Assembly (NCBI GenBank): GCA_964455555.1
Contig: CAYVXV010000001.1
Coordinates: 149,096-213,095, forward strand
Length of the DNA: 64,000 nucleotides
Origin: an uncultured Pseudomonadales bacterium
GTDB lineage: Bacteria > Patescibacteriota > Microgenomatia > UBA1400 > PJMF01
Direction of reading: 5' to 3'
Shown: piece after piece, positions 27,526-36,246 of the stretch
How positions within the stretch are numbered: position 1 is the stretch's first letter
How the letters are laid out: each line of letters begins with the position of its first letter
Notes under the pieces: model-generated
Told to the model about the DNA's origin: nothing
Database searches by the model: none
Seen by the model: only the letters and a program-made list of their open reading frames with translations
Position numbers and translations under genes: made by a program

Positions 27526-30500
27526 CTAGGGCACCAGGCCGCAGTAAGAGGCTGCAGACCAGGCGTTCCAGTTGCCCCATCTCGTTCTGATTTCAATCAT
27601 TTTTTCAATATTCTTTAATGGGTCGAGCATGGCTGTTTCGCAGGAGTTGAGCAAAGCTTGGTCAGCAACTTGGCATGGTAGGTTCCAGGCGTTATAACCT
27701 GGTGTTCCGCTCACTCGGCCGCTGGCATCAGCAAGCGCCCCCGGACAATGTGCCATAAGGTTAATCTGGAAAAGGCCAATACTGTAGTCAACCGACTGGC
27801 TTGTTAGGCAGCGCTTGTTGACGGCGTCGCTGCCGCCACGGCTTTCTTTATTGCAGATGCGTGAGGCAATCTCAGCTTCTGCTTGAGGGTTGGAGAATCC
27901 AGCTTGCTCAAAGAAGGGAAGTAGTGTTTCAACACTGCAGGGCCCGGTCGGAATAATGTTGCAGCTGCCGTCTCCTGCGCCGGCACCGCTGCCACTGATT
28001 GAGCCAACTACTTCATTAGTGATTCCGCCGGCACATTTTCCAAGCAGGAACTCCTCAGTAGTCGAGCAGGAACTTAGATAGGCATGAGCTTGGCCGTAAT
28101 ATGTGTTGAGGCCCCGCTGCACGTTCCTGAGCCAATATCCCAGGCTTGCGCCCAGAAAACTGATCCCGCCTCTGCCTTCTTCTGTTGTGCCAATCCTGAA
28201 GTTTTTGGAGCAGTCATATTCCACCACCTCAATGGGCGGGTCGAGCGGAACCGGCTCGCCGCCGATAATTTCATAGTATTTTAGGTATCGGTTTTCTTCG
28301 CAGTTACCGCTAGTCGGGTCTTCCTGATAAGTATGGCTGGCACTGCCGCCGCCAAAATTTGCCTGGAAACCACTGCCGTCAAAGCGGTTTTTAGTGTCTC
28401 TCTCTTCTAGCTTGGCAACCTGCTGTTGGTTGAAGAAGGTGTGTTTCATCACTTCAGTCACTGATTCAAGTTCATAGCCAACCGGGTACACCAGGAAAAA
28501 GTCTACTTTAGCGGTTTGGCCGGCCGCGTTGCTCCATTTGCCCCTGACGACATCAAAGATAGTCTTAAGAGGGTTGTTTACAGTAGTTGCTCTTTGCGGG
28601 TTTTGGTTTCCTAAGAAAATATAATTAAAAACATCGGTACCAAAACCGTATCCCTCCCTATACACCCTTGATGAATCATCTGTGCTTGGGGGAATTATGT
28701 TGGCTGCTTCAAATATTTCCCTAACCGGTTCGCTTCCAAGGTTGTCACAACTGGGGGTGTTGCCATTTATCAAGTCTACAACTGACTTGCCCAGGACATC
28801 CTTGCAGGCTGCAGCACCATTCAAGCCGGCTAATTCTGCCGGGGTATTGCCGTCGCCTGCTAGACAATAAATTGTGCTCCCTGATCCTTGGGTTGAAGCT
28901 CCGGTGGCCTGTTGGCCGATAATAGTCCTCCTGTCCCTGGACTGCTTGTCAAAACCCGGGTTTTCCTCGTCTTCAGAAAGCTTGAATTTTTGCGGAACCA
29001 GAATATTTCTGGTCTGGCTGACTGCGTCAGTGAAGAAAAAATGGCCACTTTCTTCTCCGCCGCCTTTGTTCGTCAGTATATCAGGGATTTTAAAGGCAAC
29101 AATCAAAACTTCATGCTTTGGTTGGGCAGACTGGGAAAAAGAGAAGAAGCTAAAAGCATCGGCAACTGATCTTTGTTCGATTGAGGCAACCATAAAAGCC
29201 AGCCGATAGGAGCGGTTGATGTAGAGAGGAGTGTTTAAAATGCCTTTTTTCAGCTTGTCGTATTGAGGGGACGTATTGCCAAAAAGCCGCTGGCAGCCGG
29301 CCGTTTCTCCGCCGCTGTAGTAATCCGGCATGAAGTCGCTGATGTCATCAAGCAAAGTGTCAACAATATAGTCCGTATTGGGGATTGCCTCAGCTCTGGG
29401 AGCGCATCTGTCCCACGCTCCAAGCCGCTCACACATTTTTTGGGTGTTGGTTAGGATGCGAACAGACTGGATGCAGCGTTGTTCTGCTGCCATGAGCGAA
29501 TTAATTGGCGCAGTATTTACTTCCTGCTCAGGATAGCTTGAGGCATAGTAGTCCTCGAAGCCAAAATACTCTTCAAGGGATGAGGTCAGAAACCTTCTGC
29601 CCTCTGTATCCCGGAAGATAGGCACCCTGCCGCTTGAGGAATCAATGGTGTAATTTGATTCTGTTTCCAGCCGGATTCCCTCATAAAGCTCTAAAAAGCG
29701 GTTTATCAGGCCTTCTGTTTCAATATTAAGTTTGATGTTGGTGGGCTCGGCAGCGCAGTGGGCTTCATATCCTTGAGCTGCTAAATCCCCCCTGGTGGTG
29801 CTTACGCTTTGCTGGTCCGGCCGGCTTAGCGGATGAATGCCCCTGATGGGGTGGAGCAGATAGTATGCCGGGTCCACTAAATATTCAGGATACTTGCTCA
29901 GGTCATAGCCGAACACTCCTGATCCGCCGGCTGATAGGGCGCTGCCTCCTGGGGGCGCCTCGCCGATATAGAAAGGTTTGCCCAACTCCTGACTTTGAGA
30001 TAATGCCAGCATGGCGCTTTGTTTTTCTGATTCAGTGTAATAGTGAGCAGAGGTTACTGTAATAGCACCGATGCTGTTTGTATTTTTAAAATCTCCGGGC
30101 CCAGTGCTGTCGCAGCGGGTGGTGTCTTGACTAGCCATCTGGCCATAGCCGACATTTGAAGTTACGCCCCTTAGTTGGCTGCCGATCACTTGCCCCCAGG
30201 TTTTGTAGGCCGGCATAGCTGCAGCATTGCCTCCGCAGTGCGGTTCATTGGCCAGCTCGTAGCCCCAAAGAGCCGGATGAGACCCCAGCGCCCTGACCTG
30301 GCTGACTAAAGCTTGGTACTCTCCCTGATAACCGCTTTCATACCATTCTATTCCTGCTCCCTGAGGTATACCGCCGCCGCCATTGCTGTAATCACCGATG
30401 GCGATGATCATTTTTACACCAGCTTGCTGGGCTGCATTGAGAGCATTTTGAACACCGGCCGCTCCCTCAATCTTGGCAAAAGCTCGGACAACAGAGACAC

Positions 30501-30879
30501 CGCAGGTGTTTTTTAGCCAGGAAAGATGTTCTGCAGCTGTGCCGTCAGCGAACTCAGCGGCTCCAATATTATTAATGTTGACACCCACAAACCTGTCGGG
30601 ATATTGCTCGGCTTTTTCTCTGAGAGCTAAACAAATATCAATATTTGTATCTCTGTACCAGGAGAACTGATCTACCGCGATCTGACGGCCGTTTTGGTCA
30701 CCGCCATATTGCCAAACAAGGTATCCAGATGCTCCGGCTTGAAAAAAATCTTCAATTTCTTGGGAAAGGATGGCGGCATTGCTTTCTTGAGCGTTGGCTT
30801 TGGAAAGGTTTGCTGTTATCCCTGCCAGAAGAAAAATTGTTGCCGCTAGTGCCAGTAGTTTAAACGGGAGTATGCGCAC
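27526..30879 (-). CDS. giant secreted protein: N-terminal GH5-like (cellulase/mannanase superfamily) domain and C-terminal lytic transglycosylase (SLT, VirB1-like) domain
   Basis: Signal peptide 'MRILPFKLLALAATIFLLAGITANLSKANA'; GH5 catalytic-acid motif 'WGYELANEPH'; C-terminal SLT pattern 'CNKESRGGSDAVN...SIGLFQINLMAH...Y'. Confidence 0.7.
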   Translation of the reverse strand: MRILPFKLLALAATIFLLAGITANLSKANAQESNAAILSQEIEDFFQAGASGYLVWQYGGDQNGRQIAVDQFSWYRDTNIDICLALREKAEQYPDRFVGVNINNIGAAEFADGTAAEHLSWLKNTCGVSVVRAFAKIEGAAGVQNALNAAQQAGVKMIIAIGDYSNGGGGIPQGAGIEWYESGYQGEYQALVSQVRALGSHPALWGYELANEPHCGGNAAAMPAYKTWGQVIGSQLRGVTSNVGYGQMASQDTTRCDSTGPGDFKNTNSIGAITVTSAHYYTESEKQSAMLALSQSQELGKPFYIGEAPPGGSALSAGGSGVFGYDLSKYPEYLVDPAYYLLHPIRGIHPLSRPDQQSVSTTRGDLAAQGYEAHCAAEPTNIKLNIETEGLINRFLELYEGIRLETESNYTIDSSSGRVPIFRDTEGRRFLTSSLEEYFGFEDYYASSYPEQEVNTAPINSLMAAEQRCIQSVRILTNTQKMCERLGAWDRCAPRAEAIPNTDYIVDTLLDDISDFMPDYYSGGETAGCQRLFGNTSPQYDKLKKGILNTPLYINRSYRLAFMVASIEQRSVADAFSFFSFSQSAQPKHEVLIVAFKIPDILTNKGGGEESGHFFFTDAVSQTRNILVPQKFKLSEDEENPGFDKQSRDRRTIIGQQATGASTQGSGSTIYCLAGDGNTPAELAGLNGAAACKDVLGKSVVDLINGNTPSCDNLGSEPVREIFEAANIIPPSTDDSSRVYREGYGFGTDVFNYIFLGNQNPQRATTVNNPLKTIFDVVRGKWSNAAGQTAKVDFFLVYPVGYELESVTEVMKHTFFNQQQVAKLEERDTKNRFDGSGFQANFGGGSASHTYQEDPTSGNCEENRYLKYYEIIGGEPVPLDPPIEVVEYDCSKNFRIGTTEEGRGGISFLGASLGYWLRNVQRGLNTYYGQAHAYLSSCSTTEEFLLGKCAGGITNEVVGSISGSGAGAGDGSCNIIPTGPCSVETLLPFFEQAGFSNPQAEAEIASRICNKESRGGSDAVNKRCLTSQSVDYSIGLFQINLMAHCPGALADASGRVSGTPGYNAWNLPCQVADQALLNSCETAMLDPLKNIEKMIEIRTRWGNWNAWSAASYCGLVP

Positions 30880-30931
30880 GGGTTCATTATATCAGCAGAA
30901 CGAGCGCCAGGGACTTTTCCTTAATTAGTTC

Positions 30932-31363
30932 CTAATATTGAAAATCAGAAGTGGGAATGCCGAATTGGGTAATAATGCTGACGCCGGTAAACTGAGAAAT
31001 TAGATTTAGGATAATAAAGGCGCTTAGAGATACAACCAAACCGATTACCGCATAGGTCATCATGCCTTTGGCACTTTGCACTTGTTGGGTGCTGCCACCT
31101 CCGGAAAGCATGTAGCGGAAGGCTCCGACAATAAACATCACAAAGCCCGCCAGCCCGATAACGGTAATGATTACCGTGAACACATTGGCAATCAGGCACT
31201 CCAATCCTTGGAGGGTGGCTACATCGCCACTGCCGTATTCTGTATCAGCTACGCAGACACCAGACCAAGATGAAGTTTGGGCAGAAACAGGTGCTGCGCC
31301 GGCGAAGGCCCCAACCAGAACAATTAAAAATAAGATTGCAGAGTGTTTAAGGCTTTTTAGCAT
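30932..31363 (-). CDS. T4SS pilin-like (VirB2/TrbC-type) paralogue P1
   Basis: Signal peptide (MLKSLKHSAILFLIVLVGAFAGAAPVSAQ), then C-terminal two-helix module 'VIGLAGFVMFIVGAFRYMLSGGGSTQQVQSAKGMMTYAVIGLVVSLSAFIIL'. Start trimmed from 31447 to the internal ATG to remove overlap with P2. Confidence 0.6.
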   Translation of the reverse strand: MLKSLKHSAILFLIVLVGAFAGAAPVSAQTSSWSGVCVADTEYGSGDVATLQGLECLIANVFTVIITVIGLAGFVMFIVGAFRYMLSGGGSTQQVQSAKGMMTYAVIGLVVSLSAFIILNLISQFTGVSIITQFGIPTSDFQY

Positions 31364-31391
31364 TAATTTAGTATAACAATTTGCGGCAGGA

Positions 31392-31967
31392 TTAGCGATT
31401 ATTAATGTTGGAGCTATTGATAAGCTCTTCCAACGAAGAATAGCCAAGGAAGTTGAGGATGATAATTAGAATAGCATAGCTGGCTGCCAAGATGATTATT
31501 CCCACAACGGCAGCTACGATGGTGCTTTGAGCAGCCTGAGTTTTGCCTTTGTCACCTCCTGAAGTTATCCATCTGAAGGCACCCAAGATTAAGTAGAAAA
31601 AGACGAGTAGGGCGGCAATTACAAAAACGAATTGCAGCAGGCTGTTAAAGAGTTCACTAAAGCTGCGGAAAAAACCTTCCGGCAGGTTGATGTCTACCCG
31701 CTGAGGTGAAACAGGAGCCTCTTCCTCTACAACAATTACTCTGTCGCCCGAATCCGTGACTACCCGAGTGCCGTCCTCCAGAATAATTACTTCTGAATCA
31801 GTCAGTGTAGCTTCATCAATTTCGGTGCTCAAATATAAAACACCGTCTTGGCCGCGGACCAAACGAACTTCGCCATCAGTGGAATCGGCGGATACAGCCT
31901 GGGAAAAGTTGAACGCCATGAAGGAAAATACAATTATTATTAGGATGCGGGATAATAGTTTAATCAT
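31392..31967 (-). CDS. T4SS pilin-like paralogue P2
   Basis: Signal peptide 'MIKLLSRILIIIVFSFMAFNFSQAVSA'; module 'FVFVIAALLVFFYLILGAFRWITSGGDKGKTQAAQSTIVAAVVGIIILAASYAIL...NFLGY'. Confidence 0.65.
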   Translation of the reverse strand: MIKLLSRILIIIVFSFMAFNFSQAVSADSTDGEVRLVRGQDGVLYLSTEIDEATLTDSEVIILEDGTRVVTDSGDRVIVVEEEAPVSPQRVDINLPEGFFRSFSELFNSLLQFVFVIAALLVFFYLILGAFRWITSGGDKGKTQAAQSTIVAAVVGIIILAASYAILIIILNFLGYSSLEELINSSNINNR

Positions 31968-32007
31968 CTATAACAACTATTATAGCGCAAAATCAGGCAA
32001 AAGTCAC

Positions 32008-32040
32008 TAAAAAAGCCCTCGATAAGAGGGCTTTTTTATT
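32008..32040. terminator. bidirectional intrinsic terminator inside the pilin array (between P2 and P3)
   Basis: aaaaaa-gccctc-gataa-gagggc-tttttt at 32009-32037; A-run and T-run on either side. Confidence 0.6.
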
Positions 32041-32059
32041 ATTCAAATGATTTCCCGGT

Positions 32060-32452
32060 TTAAACGCTTTGCAGTAAGCCTTCGAGGCCCTGTTCATAGC
32101 CGAGGAAGTTAAGGACGATCTGTAGAATAGCCCAAGCTGCTGCTAGGACGATGATGCCGACTACAGCGTTGGTGATCATGTTTCTGGCGTTTTCTGTTTT
32201 GCCTTTGTCACCTCCTGAGGTAATCCAAGTGATGGCACCTAGGATCAAGTAGAAGAAGACGAGTAGGGCTGCGATTACAAAAACAAAATTTAGGATGCCA
32301 TTGATTAGGTCACCGATGTTGCCGAAGAAACCGGTTGGAACATCAATGTCGATGTCTCCCTGGGACTGGGCAAATGCGGGTGTAATTGTTGCAACCATTG
32401 CCGAAGCGGTCACGGAAGCGTAGGCGGCATATTGTTTGAGGGATTTTATCAT
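32060..32452 (-). CDS. T4SS pilin-like paralogue P3
   Basis: Signal peptide ending 'TPAFAQS'; module 'FVFVIAALLVFFYLILGAITWITSGGDKGKTENARNMITNAVVGIIVLAAAWAIL...NFLGY', about 85% nt identity to P2 over the module. Confidence 0.65.
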   Translation of the reverse strand: MIKSLKQYAAYASVTASAMVATITPAFAQSQGDIDIDVPTGFFGNIGDLINGILNFVFVIAALLVFFYLILGAITWITSGGDKGKTENARNMITNAVVGIIVLAAAWAILQIVLNFLGYEQGLEGLLQSV

Positions 32453-32608
32453 ATACTCCTTTTCCTAAATTTTTAGATACACATAGCTAAAAAATTATAC
32501 TCATACTTCGAGTGTTGCGTCAAGTTTCGAAAATATCTTATAGTTAACATTATAACTTGGTCAAAATAGGCCGTCAAGTTGCTTGGCCTGGATGTTCTAA
32601 ATTACCAG

Positions 32609-33082
32609 TTAATCAGAGATGGTAATTCCCTCAAGGTTGAGGAAGTTAAAGAGAAGCTGCAGTATGGCGAGGACTGCTGCCAGGACAATAATGCCAATAA
32701 CAGCATTGAGCATTCTGGTACGAGCTTTTTCGAGCTTGCCACTGTCGCCTCCGGCAGTTATCCAGCCAAGTGCTCCCAAAACCAAGTTTAGAAGTACCAG
32801 AAAGGCTGCGATGGCCAGGATAATTTGCAGAATTCTGCTGATGAGCGATCCGAATTCACTACCGGGGTCGTCTTCATCTACACTGACTATTTGAGGCAGT
32901 TCGCTGGCGCCTTCATTGAGAATATCTAATCGAGGTGCGTTTTGAGTGCTACTTCCTCCGCCGCCTCCACCGCCGCCAGCGCCGGCGTCATCGGCTGCCA
33001 TGATGCTTGGGGGTGAAATAAGTAGTAGTCCGGCCAAAAGAAAGGGCAGTGATTTTTTGAGAAGGTTTTTTAATGATGGCAT
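32609..33082 (-). CDS. T4SS pilin-like paralogue P4 (Gly-rich ectodomain)
   Basis: Signal 'MPSLKNLLKKSLPFLLAGLLLISPPSIMAADD', 'GAGGGGGGGGSS' linker, module 'ILAIAAFLVLLNLVLGALGWITAGGDSGKLEKARTRMLNAVIGIIVLAAVLAIL'. Start trimmed from 33187 to the internal ATG. Confidence 0.6.
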   Translation of the reverse strand: MPSLKNLLKKSLPFLLAGLLLISPPSIMAADDAGAGGGGGGGGSSTQNAPRLDILNEGASELPQIVSVDEDDPGSEFGSLISRILQIILAIAAFLVLLNLVLGALGWITAGGDSGKLEKARTRMLNAVIGIIVLAAVLAILQLLFNFLNLEGITISD

Positions 33083-33086
33083 TAGC

Positions 33087-33515
33087 CTAATCTCCTGTAT
33101 TTGCAAATGGCAGTATTGGTGAAAGGATGCTGAATTCATCTCCGAAGAACAACCGGCTGATAAAGGCAATAATGGTAAATGAAGCAACTAGGATAATGAT
33201 GCCTATAATTGCATTAGTGAGGCGGCGCTGGGCTGCCTGCACTTTGCTGGCGTCATCTCCAGAGGTAATCCACTGCACGGCTCCCATGATAAACATCACT
33301 ATTACTACAATGGCACCGATCGTAATAGCGGCATTCCAGACAAGAACGAAGTATGAAACAAATAGCTCGCCAGAACGGGCTTCTTCCAGGCTTTCCTTGC
33401 TGCCAAGTTTTCCGGTCACAGGGTTTTCAATTTGAGCAAAGGCTGTAGATGCCTGAAAAAGTAAGGCAGAAATTGCTGTTAAAATTGAAGAAACTGCCGG
33501 CTTTAGTTTGTTCAT
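33087..33515 (-). CDS. T4SS pilin-like paralogue P5
   Basis: Signal peptide '...QASTAFAQ'; module 'ITIGAIVVIVMFIMGAVQWITSGDDASKVQAAQRRLTNAIIGIIILVASFTII'. Confidence 0.6.
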   Translation of the reverse strand: MNKLKPAVSSILTAISALLFQASTAFAQIENPVTGKLGSKESLEEARSGELFVSYFVLVWNAAITIGAIVVIVMFIMGAVQWITSGDDASKVQAAQRRLTNAIIGIIILVASFTIIAFISRLFFGDEFSILSPILPFANTGD

Positions 33516-33520
33516 GGGCT

Positions 33521-33898
33521 TTACTGTGCTCCCGGAATAATTTGTAAGAGCATCCTGCCTGGTTCGAGTAGGTTCAGGCCGACAATGCTGCCAATTAGGC
33601 CGATGATGGCATAGGCGGCAACCAAGATAATCAGGCCGATAACTGCATGAAGAATTTTTTGCTGGGCACTGGCAACTTTACTGGCGTCCCCGCCGGCGCC
33701 GATAATTTGGAAAACGGCTGTCAAGAAGTAAAAGATAAAAAATAGGCTGGCCAGGATTGTCAAGAAACCAATGACATTTGAGATAATCAACTCTAGATTA
33801 GAGAGCGCTCCTTCCTGGGTAGCGGAATCTTCACTAAAAGCAGGGCTGACAGGCTGAAATTCGCCAAGAGATTTGGCAATCATAACGGGTAGTGACAT
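33521..33898 (-). CDS. T4SS pilin-like paralogue P6
   Basis: Module 'LTILASLFFIFYFLTAVFQIIGAGGDASKVASAQQKILHAVIGLIILVAAYAII'. Confidence 0.55.
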   Translation of the reverse strand: MSLPVMIAKSLGEFQPVSPAFSEDSATQEGALSNLELIISNVIGFLTILASLFFIFYFLTAVFQIIGAGGDASKVASAQQKILHAVIGLIILVAAYAIIGLIGSIVGLNLLEPGRMLLQIIPGAQ

Positions 33899-33968
33899 AG
33901 CCTAAGTATTTTAACCTTTTTTTAATTACTACTCTAGTAGTGTGTCATTTATACCGGGCAAACTCCGT

Positions 33969-34502
33969 TTATTGCTCTAATGCCCCTTTTATTGTTGGCT
34001 CAAGTATAAAAGTTGCATCTCCAAAAAAGATTAAACCAACAATAGCGGCTATTGTATATGCAGAAACAATAACGAGCAGGCCGATTACACTAAAAGTAAG
34101 TTTTTCGCGGACTTGGGTGTTGGCTTGAGTATTTCCCATGCTGGTAATGTAGATGAAGCCGGCAGCCACGAAGTTGAGCATGGCTAGAATACCGCCAACA
34201 ATGGCAACAAGCCTAATAATGATGCTCAGGAAAGCGATAATACCGACACCATCACCAAACCTGGTTCTGATGGCAGCAGGAGGAACGACCGCCCCCACAA
34301 CTTTTGAACCAACGTTGGAGCCACAGGGCATACCTGAATCAGCCACAATCACGTTGCAGCTCGCATCAAGACACCTACAGGTTGAGCCGTTGTCGCACTG
34401 GCCCTCATACTCGCAGACAGCATTGGCCTTTTCCGGAGCAACCGCCATGGATGCTCCAACCAAGAAAACTAAGACAATGAGTGCTGCGGCTATTTTTTTC
34501 AT
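33969..34502 (-). CDS. T4SS pilin-like paralogue P7 (Cys-rich ectodomain)
   Basis: Signal 'MKKIAAALIVLVFLVGASMAVA'; eight Cys in ectodomain; module 'IVGGILAMLNFVAAGFIYITSMGNTQANTQVREKLTFSVIGLLVIVSAYTI...FFGD'. Confidence 0.6.
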   Translation of the reverse strand: MKKIAAALIVLVFLVGASMAVAPEKANAVCEYEGQCDNGSTCRCLDASCNVIVADSGMPCGSNVGSKVVGAVVPPAAIRTRFGDGVGIIAFLSIIIRLVAIVGGILAMLNFVAAGFIYITSMGNTQANTQVREKLTFSVIGLLVIVSAYTIAAIVGLIFFGDATFILEPTIKGALEQ

Positions 34503-34516
34503 GTTTTTGTTTCTTT

Positions 34517-35023
34517 TTATATGGTCGGGTTTAAGATGTAGCTGGCATCACCAAAGAAAACTAGGCCGATGATTCCTCCTAATGTGTAGAACGAAACAAT
34601 TAAAATTAGGCCAACCAAGCTTGATGTCAGCAGATTTCTAACCTTGGTATGGGTGCCGGGATCTCCTGAGCCAGTAATGTAGAAGAAGGCGGCCAATAGT
34701 ACATTAATCACAACCCAAATACCCCCGATTACGGTGGCAATCCCAATCAGCCTTGAGATAAAGAAAATTATTGCTGTTTCGCCTTCTGAGACTCCGGCAG
34801 CTTGGTTATAAACATCTGTGCCCGGAGGAGATTCTATTTGCCCGATACCAAATTCACAGCCCGCATCATTTCGGTCGCAGACATCAGATTGTTCCGGAAT
34901 AACTGTTGGTGCCGGCGATTGAGCAGCGGCCAGGGCAGCCATGTTCAGAAATATGGCAAATACCAGGGTGTAAAATACTATTTTTGTCAGAATCAGGCGG
35001 TTGTTCTTTATAAAAGTCAGCAT
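34517..35023 (-). CDS. T4SS pilin-like paralogue P8
   Basis: Module 'TVIGGIWVVINVLLAAFFYITGSGDPGTHTKVRNLLTSSLVGLILIVSFYTL...FFGD'. Confidence 0.6.
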   Translation of the reverse strand: MLTFIKNNRLILTKIVFYTLVFAIFLNMAALAAAQSPAPTVIPEQSDVCDRNDAGCEFGIGQIESPPGTDVYNQAAGVSEGETAIIFFISRLIGIATVIGGIWVVINVLLAAFFYITGSGDPGTHTKVRNLLTSSLVGLILIVSFYTLGGIIGLVFFGDASYILNPTI

Positions 35024-35025
35024 TT

Positions 35026-35397
35026 TTAGATTGGAATATTTACTCCGGTAATCATTTTTACAATCTGAACAACCCAGTAGGCAGTGAACATAATGATAAA
35101 ACCGATAACCGCTGTGGTAATAATGCTTTTAGCATCTTCCGCACCTTTTTTTCCTCCTGAAATGAATTTAAAACCGGCAAATACGATTAAAAAAAACAGG
35201 ATAATGCCTGCAAGTACAAAAAGGTTGCGGACAATTAGGTTTACAAGAAAAGCTGGATCGGAATAAAGTTGGCTGATTGGGGTATCGTCGTTGAGTCGCA
35301 GGCAGTCTCCTAGAGAAATTCCTGCACCATCAACTCCTCCGCTGCCGGGATCACAGTCAGTCTGAGCGTACGCAGTAGGCACAAGCTTGCTTAGCAT
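35026..35397 (-). CDS. T4SS pilin-like paralogue P9 (first gene of the tandem array)
   Basis: Module 'FVLAGIILFFLIVFAGFKFISGGKKGAEDAKSIITTAVIGFIIMFTAYWVVQIV'. Confidence 0.6.
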   Translation of the reverse strand: MLSKLVPTAYAQTDCDPGSGGVDGAGISLGDCLRLNDDTPISQLYSDPAFLVNLIVRNLFVLAGIILFFLIVFAGFKFISGGKKGAEDAKSIITTAVIGFIIMFTAYWVVQIVKMITGVNIPI

Positions 35398-35469
35398 CTC
35401 AAGTAATATCTTACAGCAACCCGGTGAAAAATGCCAACAATGGGCTTGTTAAGGTATACTATCACTGTT

Positions 35470-36012
35470 ATGAAAAAGCAGACCTCGGATGAAGCCTTAT
35501 TGGAGCAGCTCAGAAAAGGTGAGCCTAGGGCAGTAAATGAGTGGTTCAACCTGTATCATGACCGCCTGCTTGCCTCGGTTATCTTAAGAGTAACCAGTAT
35601 TAAAGATGCTGAAGAAATTGTTCAAGAAACTTTTTTAAACTGTTTAAAGCATTTGCCGCTCTTCCGCGGTGACGCCAGTATATGGACCTGGATGAATACA
35701 ATTGCCAGGCATGAAATAGCTGATTATTTCCGGAAAAAATATGCCCGCAAGGCCATCCAAACCCTTCCATTGCACGAGTGGCTGCTGGCTAAAAATGTCC
35801 ATGATTCTCATGAGGTTGCCGAGCAGGTTTACTTTATTTTAGACAAAATGCGCAAGTCATACCGAGACCTATTGCTGCTTAAGTATGTCGAAGGCAAAAA
35901 AGTGTCGGCAATAGCAGAGGAGCTAGACCGGAGCATTAAATCTATAGAATCTGATTTGTTTAGGGCCAGGGAGGAATTCCGGGTGCTCTGGGCGGCAGAG
36001 TATGGCGTATAA
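35470..36012 (+). CDS. ECF-type RNA polymerase sigma-70 factor
   Basis: Region 2 'EEIVQETFLNCLKHLPLFRGDASIWTWMNTIARHEIADYFRKK' and region 4 'YRDLLLLKYVEGKKVSAIAEELDRSIKSIESDLFRAREEFR'; divergent from pilin P9. Start moved to the ATG at 35470. Confidence 0.8.
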   Translation: MKKQTSDEALLEQLRKGEPRAVNEWFNLYHDRLLASVILRVTSIKDAEEIVQETFLNCLKHLPLFRGDASIWTWMNTIARHEIADYFRKKYARKAIQTLPLHEWLLAKNVHDSHEVAEQVYFILDKMRKSYRDLLLLKYVEGKKVSAIAEELDRSIKSIESDLFRAREEFRVLWAAEYGV

Positions 36013-36049
36013 TTTGCCAGATAGTTTGCCGGCCGGCTATGGCTAACTT

Positions 36050-36244
36050 ATGAGCAACAGCGAACAAACCCAACAATTTTTAGAGCGGCTTCAAAAGGAA
36101 GCTGCTTTGCAATCTAGGCTTCACAGAGAGAGGTTGTTGCCGCAGCGATTGGACAGCCTAACTTCTCTGGTGGGCAATTACCCCTGGCAAGTGATTTTAT
36201 TATTGTCCGGCGTATCAGCATTTCTTCTGGAGATGATGAGATAA
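36050..36244 (+). CDS. small protein with C-terminal TM helix (candidate anti-sigma factor)
   Basis: 64 aa, immediately downstream of the ECF sigma; TM helix 'PWQVILLLSGVSAFLL'. Positional inference only. Confidence 0.3.
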   Translation: MSNSEQTQQFLERLQKEAALQSRLHRERLLPQRLDSLTSLVGNYPWQVILLLSGVSAFLLEMMR

Positions 36245-36246
36245 CA

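Noticed and set aside
30932-35397. Possibility that the repeated pilin genes are a CRISPR-like or simple tandem repeat array
   Set aside because: Units are 370-580 bp protein-coding genes with individual signal peptides and start/stop codons. There are no short direct repeats with unique spacers.
11211-35397. Integrative conjugative element or genomic island
   Set aside because: No integrase, relaxase, transposase, tRNA target or flanking direct repeats. The locus is interleaved with origin-proximal core genes.
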